Shown one piece after another: positions 37,749 through 47,658 of a DNA stretch of 51,448 nt. Each line of letters opens with the position of its first letter. The first letter of the stretch is position 1. The translations under genes and the position numbers were made by a program. Under the pieces are notes generated by a model. It made no database searches, was not told the origin of the DNA, and saw only the letters and a program-made list of their open reading frames with translations. The stretch is from Escherichia phage BEK12B, in the sequence record MN158215, one strand, 5' to 3'.

Positions 37749-38867
37749 TTATTTATCTGCCATTTCAGGATAAAACATAAAGCGTCCGATTTCGCCGTGT
37801 TCTTTGTCGTAAATGATAACCGCAGCACGGCGACGGGAACGCCAACCGCCTCGCGCGGCGTATGCGTCTTTAGCTGCCATCGTGCTATGTACTTCAACAA
37901 TGCCTAGCGATGTTTCTGTTACAGTCTGATGATGAAAATGCCCTACGTGCGCATACATAGTTTTTGAGTTTCCAAAGTCCTCCCGCCAGTCTGCTGCGCA
38001 CATCATTAGCAATGTTTCCGGCTTTCGGACGGTGTGACCGTGATGATATGCAAGGAATGTTTTTCCGTACTGCGTATGGTGAACCACTCGCGGCGATACA
38101 TCAACGTAAACGCGAGGCTCTTTTTCATATGCCGCCGCCATAGCTGCACGTAACCAGATCATGCCGCTTTGGTCATGGTTGCCCTCAATTATCTGGATCT
38201 CGACTTCTTTGTGTTTTTTGAGCATCAACTCAATGGCTCGACGGACGGCACGAATTGCAACGTAAACTAATTTTGCGTATCGGCTATCTTGATCCAATAC
38301 GTGACCGCTTGCAGGAGTTACCGCTTCCAGGCCGTCACTGTGAAGCATGTCGCCGCCAATCAGCAGCACTGCTTTCTCGCTGAACGGGGCGCAGGCCACA
38401 GCATAATCGAAAAAGTCATTCATTACCTTCTCTGCCGTTGATGTATCCCAATTCTCGCCGCATTCGTGCTTGTGCGCCATAGCTCCCAGGTGCATATCAA
38501 AAACGGGGTAAAGGGCAAGGCTTTCTCTGTATTTTATTGTTTCTTCTGGTGTCGGATCTACACGAGGTAATTCTTCGGTAAAAGCGTCCATAGCTGCGCG
38601 CATCAACGCTTCCAGTTGCTCTTTGTCCTTACTGGTCTTTGTCCATTTGAGGATCACGTTACCTTCTTTGTCGGTCATGACCGATTCGCCGTGAACACCA
38701 AAACCAGGCGTTCCTACAGTGGTTATTTTTCCCTGCTTTGCCAGTCGTGCCGCTCGGCGCTCGACGCTGCGAACATTCAGGCCGTATTCCTCAGCAATCT
38801 GTCGATAGCTCTTACCCTTTAATCGCTCATGCGTGAATTGCTCGTCGGTTATCTTGCTTTGACTCAT
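37749..38867 (-). CDS. metallophosphoesterase with N-terminal HTH domain
   Basis: calcineurin-like motifs DMHLG, GGDMLH, EGNHD, YHHGH, VGHFHH; N-terminal SYRQIAEEYGLNVRSVERRAARL helix-turn-helix. Confidence 0.7.
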   Translation of the reverse strand: MSQSKITDEQFTHERLKGKSYRQIAEEYGLNVRSVERRAARLAKQGKITTVGTPGFGVHGESVMTDKEGNVILKWTKTSKDKEQLEALMRAAMDAFTEELPRVDPTPEETIKYRESLALYPVFDMHLGAMAHKHECGENWDTSTAEKVMNDFFDYAVACAPFSEKAVLLIGGDMLHSDGLEAVTPASGHVLDQDSRYAKLVYVAIRAVRRAIELMLKKHKEVEIQIIEGNHDQSGMIWLRAAMAAAYEKEPRVYVDVSPRVVHHTQYGKTFLAYHHGHTVRKPETLLMMCAADWREDFGNSKTMYAHVGHFHHQTVTETSLGIVEVHSTMAAKDAYAARGGWRSRRRAAVIIYDKEHGEIGRFMFYPEMADK

Positions 38868-38966
38868 GATGTTTCTCCTATTGGTGCATTACGATACTAT
38901 ACATGATAGCGGTCGCAATGATAGCGGGTAGCGGAAGATATAACAAGCGCCACATGATAATAACCC

Positions 38967-39233
38967 TCATTTCTTGTAATATTTTTTAGGCTCGCGAACT
39001 TTTGCCATCTCTGCCTTGTAGTCAATTTTTGTTGGTATGGCTGGAACGCGTACCATCTTACGCGGCTTTTCCTTGAGGAAAGTCATTTTGCCGCCGCCGA
39101 TTACGCTGATGTCGGCAATATCAAAATATTGCGCGATCTTCTTTATGTCCTCAGCCATCCCCATTTCGTTTATATGTTGCCAGACTGCTTCACGCCCTTG
39201 CTCAACTCTCATGATGATAATATGCCTCCGCAA
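38967..39233 (-). CDS. hypothetical protein
   Basis: 88 aa ORF (true start possibly internal Met). Confidence 0.4.
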   Translation of the reverse strand: MRRHIIIMRVEQGREAVWQHINEMGMAEDIKKIAQYFDIADISVIGGGKMTFLKEKPRKMVRVPAIPTKIDYKAEMAKVREPKKYYKK

Positions 39234-39437
39234 ATTCTAATGGGTAGTGACCATATGCAACGCGAAGTAGAATCATTGCAGCGCCCCAATAAAGCTGCAT
39301 ATTGTTTTTCGTTCCACCTTTTACCGCCTCGCGTGCGGTTTTTTGCGCCTGGTCAAATGCTTTCTTGCTGTATACTACCATTTTTATTTCCTCATGTTTG
39401 TTTCGTTGAAATAATTATGCCCGACACAAGGCCGGGC

Positions 39438-39459
39438 GTTTTAACAAAAAGTGCTATTA
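39438..39459 (-). promoter_or_regulatory. conserved element copy plus hairpin and CATAAT
   Basis: TAATAGCACTTTTTGTTAAAAC after TAA stop of 39457..39714; gcccg...cgggc hairpin then CATAAT. Confidence 0.55.
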
Positions 39460-39714
39460 GTGGATCATTCCGTTCTGAAAATTCCACGAATCGACAAATT
39501 CTTGCATGTCATTTCTGATTTGTTCGTGCCATTTTTCAAGTGGGAGTTTTTTTGTCTCCTCAAAGCTCATATCTAATGCGCTTGAAAATTCCCACGGATC
39601 GCAATCAATCATCTTTTTCACGTTAGGGTTTTTATCAAGTGCATCGCATACCATAGCGCGATACAAAAGAAATTCGCCATCTTCATTAAGTAAAACTCTT
39701 CTTTCTTTCTGCAT
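39457..39714 (-). CDS. hypothetical protein
   Basis: 85 aa ORF after Dam gene. Confidence 0.45.
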   Translation of the reverse strand: MQKERRVLLNEDGEFLLYRAMVCDALDKNPNVKKMIDCDPWEFSSALDMSFEETKKLPLEKWHEQIRNDMQEFVDSWNFQNGMIH

Positions 39715-39718
39715 GGTT

Positions 39719-40420
39719 TTAGCTCCGTTTCCGTGCGCGACGTTCGGTTACAGAAGGACAAATATCGCTGATCTTAACGTATCGCGTTTTCTGCTGCTCA
39801 CCTTCTTTAAGTTCGCGCATGATGAAAATAACGCTTCCTTTGTTGTTTCCCTGCACTGGTTTACCTGTAAGAGCCGAGGTAAACGCCAGTCGTCCGGTGC
39901 GGGAATATTCTGTTCCGTCCTCCTGGTAAACTTCGCCAGTGATCCAGATGATTTCCGCTGCTCGCTGTTGCGCTTCATAAAACCATCCTGTTGATGTGTC
40001 GCAAGGTAACAGAATGTCGATCTGGTTATTGTACTCCATTTGCTCAATCGCTTTCTTAACAAATGGAGTAATATTGCTGTACGGTGGATTCAGCCATATA
40101 TGCTTATTACTACCCCACAAACGCTTTAAGCAGTTTGTTTCCTTGCTATAGAACTTCTCGCAAACTGCGTTTTCCTGGCTTGCTGCCGCGTCGAGATCGT
40201 ATTCACCAAATTCTGATTCCATCCACTCCACAATCTCTTGAGGCGTGCTCCACATATCGCGCACAACGTCCGGCGTATTGCTGCCGTTATAGCGGTTGCC
40301 AGTCACTTTGAAATATTGATTTGGTTTAACAGCCTGGTAATGACCACCAGTAGCAAGAGCATTGCCAATGAATGTTTCGCGTTCTATTTGTTCAAATGTC
40401 ACTTCAGTTTCTTTGCTCAT
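39719..40420 (-). CDS. dam: DNA N6-adenine methyltransferase (phage Dam-like)
   Basis: NPPY catalytic motif (WLNPPYS) and upstream DLDAAAS AdoMet-like segment. Confidence 0.75.
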   Translation of the reverse strand: MSKETEVTFEQIERETFIGNALATGGHYQAVKPNQYFKVTGNRYNGSNTPDVVRDMWSTPQEIVEWMESEFGEYDLDAAASQENAVCEKFYSKETNCLKRLWGSNKHIWLNPPYSNITPFVKKAIEQMEYNNQIDILLPCDTSTGWFYEAQQRAAEIIWITGEVYQEDGTEYSRTGRLAFTSALTGKPVQGNNKGSVIFIMRELKEGEQQKTRYVKISDICPSVTERRARKRS

Positions 40421-40478
40421 TTCTTAATTACCTGTTGCTTGTTGAACTGTTGTTATTATGGCGAAATCCTTCGCGCCT

Positions 40479-40500
40479 GTTTTAACAAAAAGTGCTATTT
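40479..40500 (-). promoter_or_regulatory. conserved element copy plus CATAAT upstream of Dam gene
   Basis: AAATAGCACTTTTTGTTAAAAC with TAG stop of VRR-NUC gene embedded; hairpin and CATAAT downstream. Confidence 0.55.
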
Positions 40501-40911
40501 CATCATGTATTCTACAGCGATCATGAATTGCTTATATCCGTATGTTACAGCGGCGAATCCGCCAATCTCACGCACACGTCGCAAGAAGGCTTTTTGCTCA
40601 TTGCTGACTGGTGAAGCCTTTCCCTTTCCGGACTTATTGACGCGCTTCATCTCAATAGCCGCAAACGGGTAGCGGCCTTTTGTACCAATCAGGATGATAA
40701 AATCGCTTACTCCCTTAACCAAACCGGACTGCTGATCAATCATCGCCGTTGCTTTAGACTTCTCATTCTCGTTTACCGTATGCCACGCCAGCAAATAAGG
40801 ATGAGCATAAGTCAACCACTGAAAACTATCTATCTGGTGATTAACTTCCCTTCTCGTGTCGGTTGGATCCCTTTCGTAAAACTCAAGATAATCGCCTTTA
40901 TCAGTTATCAC
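40495..40911 (-). CDS. VRR-NUC-type PD-(D/E)XK nuclease
   Basis: GVSDFIILIG...AAIEMK (D...E.K) and C-terminal QKAFLRRVREIGGFAAV pattern. Confidence 0.55.
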   Translation of the reverse strand: MITDKGDYLEFYERDPTDTRREVNHQIDSFQWLTYAHPYLLAWHTVNENEKSKATAMIDQQSGLVKGVSDFIILIGTKGRYPFAAIEMKRVNKSGKGKASPVSNEQKAFLRRVREIGGFAAVTYGYKQFMIAVEYMMK

Positions 40912-41378
40912 TGCTTCCTCCCGTGATTTTTGTGAAATCCTGAGCTAACTTCTGCAACTATTCTTGCATTCACGGCATCAATTATGCTTTTGAAGTCACC
41001 TAGTTTTTTGTTTGCAATTTTTGCCACCCATCTAGACTTACTTTTATCCCATGAAACACCAGCAAATCCGCTTTTGTTATTCCTATACGTAGCTTTGTTT
41101 TTCATGTTGTCGATTCTCATAACCAGACGCAAGTTTTCTATGCGGTTATCATCTCTTATGCCGTTAATATGATCTATTTCATATCCATATGGTATTTTTC
41201 CGTAGTGCATCTCCCATACTATTCTATGGATTGCAAATTGTTTCCCGTTTATGCAAACAAATCTGTATCCTTGGTGATGTAAAAATCCTGCCTCGTCACC
41301 TACTTTTATGCAGTTTGCTCTTTTGGTCGCCCAAAAAAGGCGACCATTATCATATGAAAAAATATCATGCCAATTCAT
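40908..41378 (-). CDS. HNH homing endonuclease
   Basis: EIDHINGIRDDNRIENLRL motif, N-terminal FSYDNGRLFW and C-terminal SGFHKNHG. Confidence 0.85.
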   Translation of the reverse strand: MNWHDIFSYDNGRLFWATKRANCIKVGDEAGFLHHQGYRFVCINGKQFAIHRIVWEMHYGKIPYGYEIDHINGIRDDNRIENLRLVMRIDNMKNKATYRNNKSGFAGVSWDKSKSRWVAKIANKKLGDFKSIIDAVNARIVAEVSSGFHKNHGRKQ

Positions 41379-43405
41379 TAAGCAAACTCCCGTTTAGCAA
41401 TGTTGTCCTCTCCTTTCGCCGTCTTGCGATGCGTCACGCGTACTGGCGGCATGATGTGATGGGCGTATGCCATAATTTTACGCGCATTTCTATAGCTCGC
41501 CACCATACCAGCAATCTTGCGATCCGGTATGTGCTGCAATGCTATTTTTCTCCATATCGTCCGGCAAATGTTGCTTTCTGACTCAGGGAAAAATCTTTCG
41601 TATGCCTTGAATGTTTCCCCATGATAATCAAGCTCATAGCAAAAAACGATACCTTTCTGGTTTTTTGTCATGTCAACACGGAACGATTTAACACTCATGT
41701 AATCGTTTTTCGTGTAGTGCTTGCCGCTTAACTTCTCGTTAGGATCGACAAGAGAAATATCGCAACAACGGCATACTCTCGCCACTACGTCGTTTTTTGT
41801 TCCGCAACCGCGATGAATAATCTTTTTCGTTCTCGGATCTACCTGGTCTGTGCATTCGCGATACGTCCAGAAGTGCTCACACCGTTTTCCGCTTTCGTCT
41901 ACGTGCATACAACGGCGCGCGTAGTAGCTATTCAGCGTCTTGCATATCGGGCAAGTTTTCGGATCTTTCCCGTTGGTGAATCGCTTCTGGAATTGCGCTT
42001 GCTCAAGTATAGGATCGAAATATAAATCCCCTAGCTCGTCCATCGTTCCGGCGAAATCAAGAACAAGGTGATCGTTTTTCGTGAATCCTTGCTCAATATG
42101 CCATTTCTTAAGCAGTCGCATACCGCGCCCTAAAAGCTGAATCAGCAACGTTAGTGATCTGATTTTACGCAGAATGACGGAAGTATCCCATAACGGCTGG
42201 TTAACGCCAGTTGTTAGCGCCTGAACCTGGAAAATGTATTTTACCTTTCCCTCGAATGCTTCCCTTAACCACTCCTTACGCTGTTTCTCTCCCGTCTTGC
42301 CAGTGATGATTCTGTATGTCGTGCCTGTCGGAAGTGCGGCAGCGGCCTCTTTACAGTGACGCTCACCTGCGCAAGTTACCAGCACGCCGTTGCGGTCTTT
42401 GCAGATCTCATGCACGCGTGACATGATTTTTTGCGTCATGGTTGCATCATTATGGATCTTCTCCTCCATCTTGCGCAGAGTTTTCTGGTCAAAGTCTTCA
42501 ACGCCGTCCTCACTGGATGCCTCAAACTCTGAAAGGTCATAACCTAGATCGCCAACGTCGCCAAAATTGGTAGGCACAACCGAGCCAAACTTGATAAGGT
42601 AGTTGGTATCAATATTAGTAACCTGTTCGCGCCAGAATCCTTTTTGTTTTTTATCTTCTACCAGTATTGGAACTACGCCGCGAAACTCCGATCCAGTCAT
42701 ACCAAAGATGCGCAGTTCATGACCATATGCTTTCCTGCAACGTCGCATCATTTCCATGATAATGACAGTGTATTGTGTGCGGCCTGTTCCCTCCATTGGC
42801 AAGCCATCCTCACCAATCAGGAATTCTTCGCATTCGTTATCGCTCGCTACGTCATAATCTGGATTTTGTACTTTTTCGCCTTTCTTTGTCGTCATTTGTA
42901 AAAATGACTCGTCTTTCTCTATGGCGTCGGCAAGGTCTTCCCAATCCACCTGGTGACACTCGTCAATCCCGATAACGTGCGGAACATAGTCGCCAAGCGC
43001 TTTAAACAGTCCATTAACTACAGTTCCCTCAGAACCAACAACGATCGGAAAGTATGCGCTTTTTGTCTTCAGTCCTGCACAATAGATGGAGTTCGGCACG
43101 CCAAGATTTGTTATCTCTTCAGAATCTTGATCCACAATCTCAGCCTGGCGAGCAAGAACCATCATTTTTAAGCACATTTTCCGGCACTGGTGAGCAACCA
43201 TTGCAAACATCAATGTTTTGCCAGACGATACCGACGCTTTAACAAAGAATGGATGCTCATAATTTTTCATACGCTTTGCGATCTCAGCGTATGCAACGCA
43301 CTGGTAAGGGTAAGGCACAATATCGCCAACAGTGAATCGCTCCTGAATGGATTTAATTACCGCTTCACCAAGTGCTGATATTTGCTTTTCAATGTTTGGA
43401 ATCAT
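41378..43405 (-). CDS. superfamily 2 (DEAD/DEAH-like) helicase
   Basis: Walker A VSSGKTLMF, DEAH-like GIDECHQ; start at MIPNIEKQ after -10-like TATTAT and RBS AAAGG. Confidence 0.75.
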   Translation of the reverse strand: MIPNIEKQISALGEAVIKSIQERFTVGDIVPYPYQCVAYAEIAKRMKNYEHPFFVKASVSSGKTLMFAMVAHQCRKMCLKMMVLARQAEIVDQDSEEITNLGVPNSIYCAGLKTKSAYFPIVVGSEGTVVNGLFKALGDYVPHVIGIDECHQVDWEDLADAIEKDESFLQMTTKKGEKVQNPDYDVASDNECEEFLIGEDGLPMEGTGRTQYTVIIMEMMRRCRKAYGHELRIFGMTGSEFRGVVPILVEDKKQKGFWREQVTNIDTNYLIKFGSVVPTNFGDVGDLGYDLSEFEASSEDGVEDFDQKTLRKMEEKIHNDATMTQKIMSRVHEICKDRNGVLVTCAGERHCKEAAAALPTGTTYRIITGKTGEKQRKEWLREAFEGKVKYIFQVQALTTGVNQPLWDTSVILRKIRSLTLLIQLLGRGMRLLKKWHIEQGFTKNDHLVLDFAGTMDELGDLYFDPILEQAQFQKRFTNGKDPKTCPICKTLNSYYARRCMHVDESGKRCEHFWTYRECTDQVDPRTKKIIHRGCGTKNDVVARVCRCCDISLVDPNEKLSGKHYTKNDYMSVKSFRVDMTKNQKGIVFCYELDYHGETFKAYERFFPESESNICRTIWRKIALQHIPDRKIAGMVASYRNARKIMAYAHHIMPPVRVTHRKTAKGEDNIAKREFA

Positions 43406-43462
43406 TCTAAAACCTTTGAGTAATGCCATTTGGCGTGTATAATACACAATCATTAAATCATC

Positions 43463-43482
43463 GTTTAACAAAAAATGCTATT
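43463..43482 (-). promoter_or_regulatory. conserved element copy upstream of helicase gene
   Basis: AATAGCATTTTTTGTTAAACG then 18 nt then TATTAT within gtgtattatacac palindrome, then RBS and helicase ATG. Confidence 0.55.
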
Positions 43483-43494
43483 GGAGAATGAATA

Positions 43495-43968
43495 ATGAAA
43501 GAACAGCGAATCGCGGTATCAACTGGCAAGATTGACAAGCGCACAATTAATGGCAATAACGGAACCAGACGAGGCAAGGATAAGAAGAAACGCAAGCGCC
43601 CTACAGGATACTATGTTTTAAAAGATGAAGTGCGCGCCGGACTAAAAGCGCGACTTGACATCCTTATTGAGTATTACGGAAGTGTATCAGCAATGGCAAA
43701 ACGTCTTAACGTTAGCCAGCAAACTGTAAATCAGTGGCGTGTTCGCGGTATGATTTCAGCTGCTGGCGCTCAAAAGGTGCATAACGATTACAAAAAATAT
43801 GGATGTCAAGGCTATCGCGCATCATTCTGTCGTCCAGACCTGCGATTTGATTCCAATGGCAAACCGCTCACAAAGAGATGTGATAAGCGTGAAATGTTGC
43901 GAGTGGTAAGAATGTCAGATTATGAGCCTGGCGGATTCCTGTATAAACCTGAAAGCACTAATTGCTAA
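43495..43968 (+). CDS. HTH DNA-binding protein (candidate transcriptional regulator)
   Basis: segment SVSAMAKRLNVSQQTVNQWRVRG resembles helix-turn-helix; basic N-terminus; divergent from helicase promoter. Confidence 0.5.
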   Translation: MKEQRIAVSTGKIDKRTINGNNGTRRGKDKKKRKRPTGYYVLKDEVRAGLKARLDILIEYYGSVSAMAKRLNVSQQTVNQWRVRGMISAAGAQKVHNDYKKYGCQGYRASFCRPDLRFDSNGKPLTKRCDKREMLRVVRMSDYEPGGFLYKPESTNC

Positions 43969-43975
43969 AAACAAT

Positions 43976-44010
43976 GCCTGGCATGATGTTATCATCTGTC
44001 AGGCTTTTTT
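43976..44010 (+). terminator. terminator-like hairpin between HTH gene and primase
   Basis: gcctggcatgatgttatcatctgtcaggc followed by TTTTTTGTTT. Confidence 0.45.
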
Positions 44011-44023
44011 GTTTGAGGTGCAT

Positions 44024-44956
44024 ATGAACAACGAAAACTTTATGGTTTATCAAAAGGAAGATATTCTCCCATATATGCAGGGATTATGGCGTGAGGCGCT
44101 ACAAAGTATTTGCGGTCTTCCAAATGAAGTTTTTAACGGCAAGCATCAATCTTGCCCCCACTGCGGCGGAAAGGATCGCTTTAGATGGACTGATAAACTT
44201 GGAGATAAAAAAGGCGACGGAGGCGCTATCTGCAACGTGTGCGGGAACGATACTGGAATTGGTTGGATCATGAAGCTAACCGGAGAACCTTACAGCGAAG
44301 TGATCAATATTTTGGGTCGCTTTCTTGGAAAAGTTCCGCAGGACTATAGAATCAAGGCAAATAAGCGAGTATCTCGTGATTCTGGTTATTCGTTTGGGAA
44401 ACAGGCAAGCCATGAATGCTGCGAGCGCGTTATGTCAAAAACACTAAAACTTGATCGCACGCCGTTAAGCACCTATGAAGGGATATATCCTTCTGAAGAT
44501 GGTTATTATGAATGCGGCGTTAAAGATGGTCGATACATTCACGCGTTACCATGTTACCTGGTACATTCAGATGAAATTGATGATGAAATGTGCAATGTGC
44601 TTTTCATTGATGAAGAAGGTAATCAGTCTTTTCTAGCAAAGGACTACACGAGAGGGTCGATTGTTAGAACCGGAAGTACAGATAAGACTATCTATCTTTG
44701 CGTTGACTGGATTGATGCGCAACATATTCACCTTGCAACTGGTCAGGAGGTTTGGGCCTGCTTTGATGCAACTAACATTGAGATTGTAGCTTACAGGTAT
44801 AAAGGCAACAGAAGAATGCGAGTTGTCTGCAAGAGCACAGATCGTGACGCGATCATTGCTGCAGAGGAAAGAGGACTTGAAATTATGATGCCGATTAATG
44901 ATAATTACAGGCAAGGGATAGAGAGGAAGGTTTATAAACCTGAATTTCTTCTCTAA
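44024..44956 (+). CDS. DNA primase (zinc-ribbon type)
   Basis: CPHCGGKDRFRW...CNVCGND zinc-binding ribbon typical of phage primases; RBS GAGGTG. Confidence 0.6.
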   Translation: MNNENFMVYQKEDILPYMQGLWREALQSICGLPNEVFNGKHQSCPHCGGKDRFRWTDKLGDKKGDGGAICNVCGNDTGIGWIMKLTGEPYSEVINILGRFLGKVPQDYRIKANKRVSRDSGYSFGKQASHECCERVMSKTLKLDRTPLSTYEGIYPSEDGYYECGVKDGRYIHALPCYLVHSDEIDDEMCNVLFIDEEGNQSFLAKDYTRGSIVRTGSTDKTIYLCVDWIDAQHIHLATGQEVWACFDATNIEIVAYRYKGNRRMRVVCKSTDRDAIIAAEERGLEIMMPINDNYRQGIERKVYKPEFLL

Positions 44957-44973
44957 ATGTCACTGCTACTTTT

Positions 44974-44998
44974 ACCCCGCATTGCGGGGTTTTTTTTG
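44974..44998 (+). terminator. intrinsic terminator after primase
   Basis: accccgcattgcggggt followed by T8. Confidence 0.6.
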
Positions 44999-45055
44999 GC
45001 CTTAGCAAATGCTATTATCTGCATTGACATTAACATGCAACATTGGAGAAAGCGC

Positions 45056-47074
45056 ATGGCAATTTACAGAACAGGACAGGCGTCAATGGACGCTCAAGGC
45101 TATATAACTGGATACGACACAAAATGGCGAGAGCAACTAACACTCATTCGCCCTGGCGCGACCATTGTATTCTTAACTCAGCCGTTACAAATCGCTGTAA
45201 TAACTGAAGTTATAAACGATACAAGCATTCGTGCAATTACAACTGGTGGAGCGGTAGTTGCTCGCTCAAATTACGCGATCTTGATTCATGACTCAATAAC
45301 CGTTGATGGACTTGCTCAAGATGTAGCTGAAACGCTGCGATACTATCAGAGTAAAGAAACAATCATTGAGGAAGCTATAGAGTTTTTCAAAGATTTTGAC
45401 CTGAAGGCGTTACAAGATCTGGTAAATCAGATTAAGGATGCAGCAGAAAATACATCAGCCGATCGCGCTGCAACTGAACAACTTAAGAATGAAACTGTGT
45501 CAGCAAGAGACTCAGCAAAGCAACACATGACCGATGCTCAGTCTGCAAAGAGTGCTGCTGAAACTGCAAAGGCTGGCGCTGTTACTGCTCGCAATGAGGC
45601 GGAGGAATTTGCTAAAAGCCTGAATGCTGAAAACCTTTTACGCAAAGATGCAAACCTTTCCGATCTAACCGATGTTAATACAGCAAAGACAAATCTTGGA
45701 GTGCAAGGAGTTTTCTGTACTACAAGTACAGATGCTGGCAAGTTCAATCAGATTGCATCACCTGATGGAAAGTTAAGCATGTTTGTTGCCAATAATGGCA
45801 ATTGGGGTGTTCAGTCAACTACTGGTGAAGCGAAGCCTCTTGCTGTTGGGCGGGGTGGTACTGGTGCAACAAGTGCAGAAGGTGCAAGGGGTAATCTTGA
45901 AACGTTCCGTGAATCAAGGACCGCTCTTGGAGAAACAGATCTAAATACGCTGACTGGCGCAAAAAGCGGTGTGTATTATCAATCTGGAAACGCTGCCGCT
46001 ACACCTGGGCGTGGATACCCAGAGAGTTCCGCGGGAACACTTGTGGTGTTAAGAAACGGCGCAAGCGGCATTGATGGTTGTACTCAGATTTACTACCCAT
46101 ACAATAACAGCAACAGATTTTATATAAGAAAATATCTTGCAGGCAATCCAAGCCCATGGACAGAGTGGGCTGCATATGACCGACCAAACAATAGCCCTGG
46201 ATTTAGAGCTTCAATTGGCCTTGGCGTTAACGACAAAGTTCAGTTTAGTCAGGTTAAGGCGTATGGTACGAACGGCGTGTTTGCTGATGGTATAGAAAAC
46301 ACTCAGGGTGCAACCTTTACCACAAGGTACTATGATTCAGCCAATACGCATAAGGGACAAGGTGAATTTAGGGTTGATGCTAATGGAGTTGTGAACATTA
46401 TCAATAGGGCTACAAAATCAGGTGATGCAACTCATTTCTTTACATTTGATCGTGCTGGTCGCTTTTGGTCTCCGAGTGGAATTACGACCGCCACAAGCAT
46501 GAATTGGAATGATGGTAATAGTATTGTTAACCGTAGTTTGTTTATGTCCGGGCAAGTTAATTCACCAGCTAATAATGTGGTGTACGCAGGGATACACGTT
46601 GGATACAGTAATTCCTACGCAATGCAGATAGCGGCAAGAGACAATGGTTTTTACGGTAGATGCCTGGAGAGTAATAGCTGGAAGGACTGGTTGAAAATAA
46701 CAACCGCTGCCATATCTGATGAGAGCCTGAAGGATATTAAAGGCAATCTTAACGTTGACGGTGCATTGGATAATATTAACAGAATGGAATTTAAACTATT
46801 CCGTTATCTGAGCGATTCCCCTGAACGAAGCACAAGACGAGGTGTCATTGCTCAGCAAGTCAGGTTGATTGACCGCGAATACACGACAAAAGTCGGAGAT
46901 AAGTTGCATCTTGACACGACTCCGATGTTGCTTGATGGTCTGGCGGCCATCCAGGCTTTAACAAAACGTGATAATGAAAATAAGGAAAAGATATCCAGAC
47001 TACAAAAAGAGATTGAGGAACTAAAAGCTGTAGTTTCAGTGTTAATTAACAAGCAATCAACGCTTGAGGATTAA
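45056..47074 (+). CDS. lateral tail fibre with C-terminal intramolecular chaperone (peptidase S74-like) domain
   Basis: C-terminal [17 protein letters not shown]...GVIAQQV...LLDGL pattern matching self-cleaving chaperone domains; Gly/Thr/Ser/Asn-rich central region. Confidence 0.75.
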   Translation: MAIYRTGQASMDAQGYITGYDTKWREQLTLIRPGATIVFLTQPLQIAVITEVINDTSIRAITTGGAVVARSNYAILIHDSITVDGLAQDVAETLRYYQSKETIIEEAIEFFKDFDLKALQDLVNQIKDAAENTSADRAATEQLKNETVSARDSAKQHMTDAQSAKSAAETAKAGAVTARNEAEEFAKSLNAENLLRKDANLSDLTDVNTAKTNLGVQGVFCTTSTDAGKFNQIASPDGKLSMFVANNGNWGVQSTTGEAKPLAVGRGGTGATSAEGARGNLETFRESRTALGETDLNTLTGAKSGVYYQSGNAAATPGRGYPESSAGTLVVLRNGASGIDGCTQIYYPYNNSNRFYIRKYLAGNPSPWTEWAAYDRPNNSPGFRASIGLGVNDKVQFSQVKAYGTNGVFADGIENTQGATFTTRYYDSANTHKGQGEFRVDANGVVNIINRATKSGDATHFFTFDRAGRFWSPSGITTATSMNWNDGNSIVNRSLFMSGQVNSPANNVVYAGIHVGYSNSYAMQIAARDNGFYGRCLESNSWKDWLKITTAAISDESLKDIKGNLNVDGALDNINRMEFKLFRYLSDSPERSTRRGVIAQQVRLIDREYTTKVGDKLHLDTTPMLLDGLAAIQALTKRDNENKEKISRLQKEIEELKAVVSVLINKQSTLED

Positions 47075-47089
47075 CAAAATTTAACCGAA

Positions 47090-47117
47090 AGGCGCGGCTA
47101 CGGCTGCGCCTTTTTTC
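47090..47117 (+). terminator. intrinsic terminator after tail fibre gene
   Basis: aggcgcggctacggctgcgcct followed by T6. Confidence 0.6.
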
Positions 47118-47330
47118 GTCTTTATGCCAGTTTCTTACATATCACTTACAAATGTTTTATATCTATTCCTGAAGGAAAAGAAAATGACGAAAAGTGAATG
47201 AATTGATCAGGTAGTTAAAGACCTGTCAGAGAGAGCGCACACAATAGCTGATGATGGTTATTCTCCAATATCAATAATGAAATCTGCAATGACTGATTTT
47301 AACGGAATAGGTAGCATGAGCTGCATGTTG

Positions 47331-47615
47331 TCAATAATGACTACCGGAAAGTTGAATGCGCATCAAACTGAACTCGCAAAGAGAATTGCTGTCTATGTAG
47401 TCAATTTCAACATCGCCTATCAAATAGCCTTCAATGAAGGCAACAGCAAGCCTGTGCGCCTGAAATCGCTCGCCATGGATGTTTATACCTATGTATCCAT
47501 TCCTAAGCGATCCGGCCTGTGAACCTTTCTCTACGCTCTGCGACGTGGGAAGAATCCATGTAAAAATTCCTGATTCTGCATCGTAGGATAGGTGACGCCT
47601 TGCGGCGTCAACCAT
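47331..47615 (-). pseudogene. degenerate HNH endonuclease remnant
   Basis: N-terminus LSYDAESGIFTW...FQAHRLA matches the HNH copies but catalytic region reads EIDYIDSNS and the ORF is truncated at 94 aa. Confidence 0.4.
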
Positions 47616-47658
47616 GTCTTTTGTTATATCTTTGTATCTTATATGTTAAAATGGGGTG

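Noticed and set aside
47277-47522. 81-aa plus-strand ORF between tail fibre and ssb
   Set aside because: It overlaps the HNH-like remnant on the opposite strand and lacks a convincing RBS.
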